64,000 nt of DNA. Origin: Hadesarchaea archaeon. Lineage in GTDB: Archaea > Hadarchaeota > Hadarchaeia > Hadarchaeales > Hadarchaeaceae. This document shows, in pieces, positions 57,859 to 64,000 of this stretch (the stretch's first letter is position 1; every line of letters starts with the position of its first letter). The DNA is taken from positions 11,505-75,504 of the forward strand of contig SOKQ01000021.1 of assembly GCA_004375695.1 (NCBI GenBank), in the 5' to 3' direction. A program made the translations under genes and the position numbers. The notes under the pieces were generated by a model. It saw only the letters and a program-made list of their open reading frames with translations. It ran no database searches and had not been told where the DNA came from.

Positions 57859-58885
57859 TTTCCGGCTTGAACTCGACCAGATCTTCGTAGCCCTGTCCAG
57901 TGCCCAAAAACAAAATCGGTTGCCCTGTCACTTGGGTTATCGAGAGAGCGGCGCCTCCCCGGGAGTCGGCATCCATCTTGCACAGAATTGAACCGTTTAT
58001 CCCTACGACTTGGTCAAACGTTCGCGCCTGCTCGACCGCATCGTTTCCCGTTAGGGCATCCCCAACAAAAATCGTGAGGTCGGGTTTCGCTACCCGTATG
58101 ATTTTCCGCATCTCGTCCATGAGGTTGAGATCGGTCTGCATCCGCCCAGCTGTATCGACGAGGACGACATCGAGCCCTCGGGCCTTTGCATGGGCGATCG
58201 CGTCGTAAGCAACTGCCGCGGCGTCGGCTCCCCTTCGCTGTTTGATCACCCCAACGCCTACACGCTTGGCGTGAATCTCAAGCTGCTCGATGCCAGCCGC
58301 GCGGAAGGTGTCTGCAGCCGCGAGTACTGGTTTGTACCCGTGCCCGATGAGATATCGTGCCAACTTGGCGATTGTTGTGGTTTTACCGTGACCATTGATT
58401 CCAACAAAAACTATCACAGCGGGTTCACCCTCGGCGCGCTTGGCTTCGATGACCTTGAGTAAATCAACCTTTTGCTCGGTTGTCAGAATTTCTTGAATCG
58501 CCTGACGGAGGACTTCATCCGCGAGTTTCTTGGGGTTCTCCCGCAGCCCCAGCTTTCGTCCCGTTAGGCCAGCCTTCACGCGCTCGATGATGTGGTCGGC
58601 AACTGGCACCGCGACATCGCTCTCGAGCAGGCCAACTTGAAGCTCCCAGACGATGTCCTCGACATCCGTTGGGGAGAGCTCCCTCCGGATGATGCGCTTC
58701 ACTACCCGCTTCAACGTTTTGCGCGGTTTTTTGGGAGGTGGGACTTTTGAGGGGGTTTTGGGCGGGACTTCTGGAGGGATCTCTGGAAGAACTTCGGGTG
58801 GCGCTTCAGGTGGTTCCTCGGGGGCCGCCTTCTGACTAATACGTTCCACTACACGTTTGAGCTTCTTCTTCAGTTTCTCAAACAT
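57830..58885 (-). CDS. ftsY: signal recognition particle receptor FtsY
   Basis: NG domain: GINGHGKTTT (G1), DTAGR (G3). N-terminal Pro/Glu-rich repeats. Confidence 0.85.
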   Translation of the reverse strand: MFEKLKKKLKRVVERISQKAAPEEPPEAPPEVLPEIPPEVPPKTPSKVPPPKKPRKTLKRVVKRIIRRELSPTDVEDIVWELQVGLLESDVAVPVADHIIERVKAGLTGRKLGLRENPKKLADEVLRQAIQEILTTEQKVDLLKVIEAKRAEGEPAVIVFVGINGHGKTTTIAKLARYLIGHGYKPVLAAADTFRAAGIEQLEIHAKRVGVGVIKQRRGADAAAVAYDAIAHAKARGLDVVLVDTAGRMQTDLNLMDEMRKIIRVAKPDLTIFVGDALTGNDAVEQARTFDQVVGINGSILCKMDADSRGGAALSITQVTGQPILFLGTGQGYEDLVEFKPEIILNALFGD

Positions 58886-58894
58886 CGAGCTCCC

Positions 58895-59338
58895 CTAGGG
58901 CTGCTCTTTTCGGGATTTCTCGAGGAGCCGCTCCGCCTCTGGCGTAAGGGCTTCGATTCGCTCATCCAGTTTTTCCAGTTCCTCGCGCGTCTTGTTCAAA
59001 GCTTGCTCGAGCTCCGCCATTCGATCTTGAAGCGTCACGATTGCATCGATGATACTGCGCTCAGCAGCGACATCTGCGCCCAGCCCTGTGATCACTTTCT
59101 CCGTCGTTCCCAACTTGGCGGAAATGAAAGAGTCGGAGCCTATGGGCACGAGGATATCGGTCCCCGGTTTAAGTCTTTTTATCGTCTTAATCGCCTCAAC
59201 GGTCATCGAGAGCTCGGAAAGTGATGCGGTAAGCAACGAGAGGTTTTGGCGAAGGGCCTCAGTCGTTGCTTGGTGGTTGCGAAGCTCGCTTAGGATGCGC
59301 TGCAGTTTTTTCTGCTCCTCTTCATTTATCTTTTCCAT
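58895..59338 (-). CDS. pfdA: prefoldin alpha subunit
   Basis: 147 aa coiled coil, beta-hairpins, coiled coil. Conserved position upstream of ftsY. Confidence 0.75.
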   Translation of the reverse strand: MEKINEEEQKKLQRILSELRNHQATTEALRQNLSLLTASLSELSMTVEAIKTIKRLKPGTDILVPIGSDSFISAKLGTTEKVITGLGADVAAERSIIDAIVTLQDRMAELEQALNKTREELEKLDERIEALTPEAERLLEKSRKEQP

Positions 59339-59342
59339 CCTA

Positions 59343-59564
59343 TCACTCCAACATAGCCAGCACTTGAGGATCTTTTACCTCTTCGGGTTTAACTTCGATT
59401 GCCTCTTCTATATGGATTAGGTTGCGTTTAACCCGGTGCTTGCTCCCGACATCTGAGTAAATCCGCTCGAGAGCCTGCTCTTTCGAGAGCGCCAGCAGCT
59501 CGCGCGTGAAGCGCTGGCGGTAGAGCCCCTGCTTGAACCAACCCTGAATGCGAAATATTTTCAT
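59343..59564 (-). CDS. rplX: 50S ribosomal protein LX (L18Ae/L20A)
   Basis: 73 aa MKIFRIQG... Conserved position between eIF6 and pfdA. Confidence 0.7.
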   Translation of the reverse strand: MKIFRIQGWFKQGLYRQRFTRELLALSKEQALERIYSDVGSKHRVKRNLIHIEEAIEVKPEEVKDPQVLAMLE

Positions 59565-59573
59565 TTAACCACC

Positions 59574-60236
59574 TTAGATGAACCCCAATGCGCTCTCCAC
59601 GCGGCCTAACTCGGGGCCTGTCGTGGACCTGCCCGCGATTACCCCATTAGAATTTGCTACCAAACATAACCCAACATACTTCACCCCGCTGCACGCGGTG
59701 CCGACTTCCGTGAGCACGCCAAGAACACTCGAAATGTGTTTGAGTTCCTCGTTAGACACGTCTGGATGTGCGAGCACCCCTCGATTTGTTGCCACGCCTG
59801 CTGCTCCCACGTTTTTGACCCCCGCAATCGTTCCTCGCTCCACGGGCACGCCTAAGTTCTTACTTATGAGTTTTAAAATCTCATCGGGAAGGTCGGGGTT
59901 CACAATAGCGCCGTGGTCGTTCGCCAGCACGAGATTTCCGAACGCCGTGTATTGCCCAGGAATGCGTGAAACTCTCACTCCAAGCTCGGTAAGCCGCCCC
60001 TCCTCCTCGGACTCAAGCAACTCAGAGCACACGAGCACATTAGAGTTGCCAGCAGCCAGAATACCCAGCAAGGGGCTATTGTGCATGTTCGCCCGGGCTA
60101 CCGGTACACCCAGCGCATCTTCTACGATCTGCTCTCGAACGTGAAAGCGCTTGGGGAGAAGCGCGATTTTGTCTGTGGTTAGGGCGAAAGCTCCCAAGAA
60201 CGGAATTCGATTGAAGCTCAGCCTGACAATCGACAT
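59574..60236 (-). CDS. eif6: translation initiation factor 6 (aIF6)
   Basis: Five-fold pseudo-repeat, 220 aa, typical FGN..L.ND..A.V motifs. Confidence 0.85.
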   Translation of the reverse strand: MSIVRLSFNRIPFLGAFALTTDKIALLPKRFHVREQIVEDALGVPVARANMHNSPLLGILAAGNSNVLVCSELLESEEEGRLTELGVRVSRIPGQYTAFGNLVLANDHGAIVNPDLPDEILKLISKNLGVPVERGTIAGVKNVGAAGVATNRGVLAHPDVSNEELKHISSVLGVLTEVGTACSGVKYVGLCLVANSNGVIAGRSTTGPELGRVESALGFI

Positions 60237-60245
60237 GGCGCCACC

Positions 60246-60506
60246 TTATTCTGCCAAAAAAGCTTCGATCGAACCATCATCCTGTTTGACGACCCGCACC
60301 CGGATTCGCGGCAGGTGGTGCTTCGCTCCTCGCTCCCAGAGCTTGCGATTCAACGCTTGATTGAGCTTTATCTCCTCAGACTTCATGTGGCGCCTCAGGA
60401 ACTCGTGCACGATCTTGACGGCCCGAGATGTCCGCCTTTGGCGGCGGGCACTTTTGGCTTCCCTTAGCGGGATGACATATATCCGCTCCTCTGGCATGGG
60501 TATCAC
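60246..60506 (-). CDS. rpl31e: 50S ribosomal protein L31e
   Basis: ERIYVIPLR...KLNQALNRKLWERG pattern. Confidence 0.85.
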   Translation of the reverse strand: MIPMPEERIYVIPLREAKSARRQRRTSRAVKIVHEFLRRHMKSEEIKLNQALNRKLWERGAKHHLPRIRVRVVKQDDGSIEAFLAE

Positions 60507-60662
60507 CTAAGGTTTTATGCGCTGTCTCCGCCAGCTGCGCCGCTTCGAGTGGGTGCGAACTCTTCCCCCGGTCTTGGACATCACCCATATGGGGGCACGT
60601 CGCGTACGCTTGGCTGCTTTTCCCAGTCTTCGCTTAAGCGGAGCCGGTTTATTTCGCGCCAT
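60507..60662 (-). CDS. rpl39e: 50S ribosomal protein L39e (51 aa, below ORF-track cutoff)
   Basis: Hand translation gives MARNKPAPLKRRLGKAAKRTRRAPIWVMSKTGGRVRTHSKRRSWRRQRIKP. Confidence 0.75.
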   Translation of the reverse strand: MARNKPAPLKRRLGKAAKRTRRAPIWVMSKTGGRVRTHSKRRSWRRQRIKP

Positions 60663-60998
60663 CTAAACCCTCCTTATCTTGAACTCGCGCTTCCGTGCCT
60701 GCAGCCGGCCCAAAATCTGGCGCAGCTGGGCGTCGGTAATCTTTGATCCGAGCTTTCCCGTTTGGGCTAACTGAATAAGCTGGATTTCTAGTTGCTCAGC
60801 GAACTCTGGTTTGGCCGCTCGAATGTTCGCCAGCCTGCTTCGGGCCTCGGGAGTTAGGATTTGCTGAATCGCCAGTCTTTTCTGAATCTCGTATTGTCTT
60901 CGTTGTTCAACTTGGCGTTGCTGTTCCTCAAGCTTCGCTCTCAGCTCGAGCATCTTTCGCTTGCGCAGTTCCTCGATTTCTTCTTCCTCCATTTTCAC
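60663..60998 (-). CDS. PDCD5/TFAR19-like dsDNA-binding protein
   Basis: 111 aa, charged helical. ILTPEARSRLANI core, in its conserved slot between rps19e and rpl39e. Confidence 0.65.
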   Translation of the reverse strand: MKMEEEEIEELRKRKMLELRAKLEEQQRQVEQRRQYEIQKRLAIQQILTPEARSRLANIRAAKPEFAEQLEIQLIQLAQTGKLGSKITDAQLRQILGRLQARKREFKIRRV

Positions 60999-61435
60999 GC
61001 CTCCTTTTGCTCGGTCTTCATCTGTTTAGCCAAGTTATCGAGCATCGCTGCGCCTTTCTGGGTGAGCTTCCGCCCCCTCCGCTCGATCTTTCGCACGAGG
61101 CCAGCTTGCTCGAGCTGTTGAAGGATGGTGCGTAGAATCTTGCCCCCTGCCTTGCGAAAATGCTCGGGGGCCTGTCCGCGGTTCTGCCGTCCACCGTAAT
61201 AGCTACGGAGTCTCGAGATCCCCACAGGACCGTCGATGTAAATTCGTCTAAGTAGCGAGGCCGCGCGTGTGTACCACCAATCGGGTTGCTCTGGAAGACG
61301 CTCCTTGTGGACCCCGGTCTTGACGAAGTGGCTCCACTGGGGGGGCTGGAGCTCGCTCAACTTCTTAAGCTCCTCCTTCAATCGCGCGAGCAACGCTTTC
61401 GAATCGACTTCTCGAACTGTCATTTTCTCCACCAT
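60995..61435 (-). CDS. rps19e: 30S ribosomal protein S19e
   Basis: VKTG.HKERLPEQPDWWYTRAASLLRRIY signature. Confidence 0.85.
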   Translation of the reverse strand: MVEKMTVREVDSKALLARLKEELKKLSELQPPQWSHFVKTGVHKERLPEQPDWWYTRAASLLRRIYIDGPVGISRLRSYYGGRQNRGQAPEHFRKAGGKILRTILQQLEQAGLVRKIERRGRKLTQKGAAMLDNLAKQMKTEQKEA

Positions 61436-61468
61436 TAGCTTACTTTCGCCTATTCTTCGAGTTCATCG

Positions 61469-61825
61469 TTAATTAACATTATTACCGCTGGCCCTTGCAC
61501 GTTTTTGCTTGTAGGGTAAACGGGTGATCTTGCCGCAGCGCAGGCAGGTGATAATCACGCGAGGCGGATGGGGGCAAGTTCGGACGCGACATGTGACGCT
61601 GGGCACCCAGAAGCTCTTGCATCGTCTGCAGAATTTTCGCTTCAGGTGGGGCGGGAACCTGACGTTGTAGCGCGTCGCGAGCCTCCATGCGAGCTGCACG
61701 TACCGATCTGCGAGCTCGGGGCGCCTGCCAAATATCTCCTCAGCTAGTTCGAGTAGGTGCTCCATGCGCTCGGCTGCAATTCGCTTGTGTTCGGCTTTTC
61801 GTTCTTGGATAGCTCTACGTGACAT
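61469..61825 (-). CDS. rnp4: RNase P protein component Rpp21 (Rnp4)
   Basis: Basic N-terminus and a C-terminal zinc ribbon CRRCKSF...CLRCG. Start set at internal ATG 61825. Confidence 0.7.
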   Translation of the reverse strand: MSRRAIQERKAEHKRIAAERMEHLLELAEEIFGRRPELADRYVQLAWRLATRYNVRFPPHLKRKFCRRCKSFWVPSVTCRVRTCPHPPRVIITCLRCGKITRLPYKQKRARASGNNVN

Positions 61826-61829
61826 TTGA

Positions 61830-62534
61830 TCACCTGCCAAGCCTGATTTTCTGGATATCGAAAGCATCCTCGTATGCAAAAATCGCCCTCATCAAAACAG
61901 TCGGCGCACGAAGGGGTTCTGGATCTATGCTCACGAGCTCATTCGAAAGCTCGGTTACATTGGACAGGAAATCACCGTGAGGGAATCCGCCGATGATGAC
62001 GCATGTTTCGTCCTCTTTCGAAACATTGCTGAAGAGGTCTTTGTAATGTTGTATCTGCCCCCGCTGACTGAATGATATAACTTTTTTCGGTTTGATTCGC
62101 CCGACCAGCTCGACAAGCGAGGCATTTTCGAGGCGGAGCAAAGGTTTTCCCGGCGGCGTTTCACCCGTGAGGAAGAGGTGCTCGATTAGTCCCACGAATC
62201 GATTGAACGCCCGGGGGAGGCGGGTGGATGGGTCCACGGTGATGACTTTGTTGTGACGGGTATGTACGTAGGTGCGAAGTAGTCCTTCTCGGTTGAGGGG
62301 TGTGTCGAGCGCGAGCAACAAACAAACGTGCACGATGTCCGGCCTCCCCCGCCGGTCACCATCAGGCAGCCTTCGCATCGCAGGGTAATGGAGGCTCGAG
62401 TTGAGCAATATTTCTGTCGGTCTCCTTCCTAGGCGTCGCGCGCTCCACTTGATGACGCGGTGGTTAGCGATCTCCCGAGGCACGGTTTCGAGCTCGGAGT
62501 CCGCTAGGATTAGGTGAAGCATCTCGAGCACCAA
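61830..62534 (-). CDS. nep1: ribosomal RNA small-subunit methyltransferase Nep1 (Emg1)
   Basis: SPOUT-fold pattern LILADSELETVP...RPDIVHVCLL, 234 aa. Confidence 0.75.
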   Translation of the reverse strand: MVLEMLHLILADSELETVPREIANHRVIKWSARRLGRRPTEILLNSSLHYPAMRRLPDGDRRGRPDIVHVCLLLALDTPLNREGLLRTYVHTRHNKVITVDPSTRLPRAFNRFVGLIEHLFLTGETPPGKPLLRLENASLVELVGRIKPKKVISFSQRGQIQHYKDLFSNVSKEDETCVIIGGFPHGDFLSNVTELSNELVSIDPEPLRAPTVLMRAIFAYEDAFDIQKIRLGR

Positions 62535-62621
62535 CCCAACTTCGGCAAAGGGCTATTTTAATCTAAGACAAACAGGACATACGCTACGATAAGAGATTGA
62601 AATACACTCGCGTGGGATTGA

Positions 62622-63311
62622 ATGTTTCCTTTGAAAGACGAGAATCCAACGCGGCGAAGACCTGTCCTCACCTACACTTTGATTGTCGTAAACGTCGCGA
62701 TCTTCTTAGGGGCGCTGGTTACGGGGACCTTCAATCAAATTAACCAAGAATTCGGGATGAAGCCGAAAGAAGTGTTTGCGGGGCAGAACATTCACACCCT
62801 TTTCACCTCGATGTTCTTGCACGGGGGGGTTCTGCACATTCTCTTTAACATGTGGTATCTCTGGATTTTCGGCGACAACATCGAGGACGTGCTGGGGAGG
62901 GGTAAATTCATCCTGTTCTACCTCGGCGCGGGGCTGGCGGCGAGCTTCGTGCATGCGTTTTCTGACCCGGGGTCGATGATTCCGACGATTGGGGCGTCAG
63001 GAGCGATTGCGGGAGTGCTCGGGGCTTACGCGCTTCTGTACCCGTGGGCGAGGGTGCACACGGCCGTCATTTTCTTTTACATTATTCACTTGGTCATGGT
63101 TCCGGCTGTGGTGATGATAGGGTTCTGGTTCGTGCTTCAGGTGATTTCGGCGTCCGTGCTTTGGGCGGCAGGGGCGACCGCAGGGGTGGCGTACTGGGCG
63201 CACATCGGAGGCTTCCTTGCGGGCATGCTCTTGATTTTGCCGGTGTGGATGAAGCTCAGAAAGCGTAGGCGAGCGAGGCAGGAAGAAGCATTAACTTTCG
63301 GGATAAGGTGA
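62622..63311 (+). CDS. rhomboid family intramembrane serine protease (second copy)
   Basis: GASGAIAGVLG (GxSG) and AHIGGFLAG (AHxxGxxxG). Confidence 0.7.
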   Translation: MFPLKDENPTRRRPVLTYTLIVVNVAIFLGALVTGTFNQINQEFGMKPKEVFAGQNIHTLFTSMFLHGGVLHILFNMWYLWIFGDNIEDVLGRGKFILFYLGAGLAASFVHAFSDPGSMIPTIGASGAIAGVLGAYALLYPWARVHTAVIFFYIIHLVMVPAVVMIGFWFVLQVISASVLWAAGATAGVAYWAHIGGFLAGMLLILPVWMKLRKRRRARQEEALTFGIR

Positions 63312-63382
63312 GCTTTTTAGTTTTTGGCCATAGGCTTTGCACATAAATTCGGTACTAACATAAAATCCATGTTTTTTGCTCT

Positions 63383-64000
63383 TCATTCACCTTCAAACTT
63401 TTGTCTGTAAAGGAATATTGCCGCGGGGATGACCAAGACCACAACGATTATCCCCGCCACGATTTCCCACGGGAATGGCACTACGGTAACGGTCAAAGTG
63501 TATGTACAGATGTGGGTCTTCTCTCCTCCCGTGCCCGTTATGGTGATCGAGTATGTTCCCGCCGGAGTCGTCGAGGCAGTCGAGATCGTCAGCGTTGAGG
63601 TGAAGCTCAGCGTTCCGGAGGAAGGGCTGAAGCTGGCGGTCGAGCCCGAGGGCAGACCCGAAGCCGACATGCTCACTGTGCTGGCGAACCCGGCAATGGG
63701 CGAGACGGAAACGGTCGCGCTTGCGGGTTCTCCCTGAACGGCCTCGCCGCTCATCGGGCTAACCGAGACCAAGAAGTCTGGGATCACGAGCGGATATTTG
63801 TCTTGGTTAGTCCCGCCCAAGATTGGCCGGGGCTCATCCACTACTCTGTCATTATCGGCGTCGGGGTAGTCGGAGGTCTGCCAGTCGCTCCAGTAGTTCC
63901 CTTCCCCGTTTTTGTCCCAGTAGTTGGTGCCGTCGTCGCAGGCGTTGTTAAGCGTGTTGTTCAGCAGGTAGTTGTGGAAGATTGTGTTGTAGTTTGGCGA
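63383..64000 (-). CDS. secreted/surface protein, C-terminal part: beta-helix (NosD/CASH-like) repeats, Ser/Thr-rich linker, C-terminal TM anchor. Gene continues beyond the window end.
   Basis: Frame is open through 64000. The translation upstream of the listed start reads ...NYWDKNGEGNYWSDWQTSDYPD. The C-terminal hydrophobic segment is IVAGIIVVVLVIPAAIF followed by basic residues. Confidence 0.5.
   Translation of the reverse strand, partial: SPNYNTIFHNYLLNNTLNNACDDGTNYWDKNGEGNYWSDWQTSDYPDADNDRVVDEPRPILGGTNQDKYPLVIPDFLVSVSPMSGEAVQGEPASATVSVSPIAGFASTVSMSASGLPSGSTASFSPSSGTLSFTSTLTISTASTTPAGTYSITITGTGGEKTHICTYTLTVTVVPFPWEIVAGIIVVVLVIPAAIFLYRQKFEGE

Noticed and set aside
58714-58830. Short-period repeat in ftsY as a CRISPR-like or minisatellite element
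   Set aside because: Period 9-15 nt, in frame and coding (PPEVPPE...). No spacer-repeat architecture. No CRISPR array anywhere in the window.

Overview
This window reads as an archaeal chromosomal segment of roughly 57-58% GC, probably from a TACK-type lineage. Supporting that are a eukaryotic-type topoisomerase IB, an HMf-like histone, a crenarchaeal-type single-OB-fold SSB, FtsZ with SepF, and tRNA genes interrupted by introns at non-canonical positions. Most of the window is conserved housekeeping. There is a cell-division and translation cluster (ZPR1, SepF, PUA protein, Sm, L37e, tRNA-Ala, tRNA-Val, DtdA, FtsZ, SecE, Spt5, L11, L1, P0, P1), followed by AlaRS and LeuRS. A second conserved block runs gatA, gatB, ftsY, pfdA, rplLX, eIF6, L31e, L39e, PDCD5-like protein, S19e, Rpp21, Nep1. 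The rest is metabolic, repair and glycosylation genes, with no CRISPR array and no rRNA. The accessory signals worth a second look are concentrated in six places: (1) a full tRNA-Arg(TCT) followed by two partial direct copies of its 3' part, which delimit two small toxin-type cargo modules (Fic; HEPN-MNT) with no integrase in the window; (2) a hicBA toxin-antitoxin pair sitting between about 170-bp direct repeats that duplicate the 3' end of the Wzx-like flippase gene; (3) a low-GC patch of roughly 35-45% inside the protein-glycosylation gene cluster; (4) tRNAs with multiple or non-canonically placed introns; (5) a DHOD-like flavoprotein, an SsnA-like amidohydrolase and a hydantoinase-like gene reminiscent of the uncharacterised ssnA/hyuA catabolic clusters in bacteria; (6) an SSB-like OB-fold gene inserted between spt5 and rpl11. 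All functional calls below come from reading the translated ORFs for motifs. No database searches were run.
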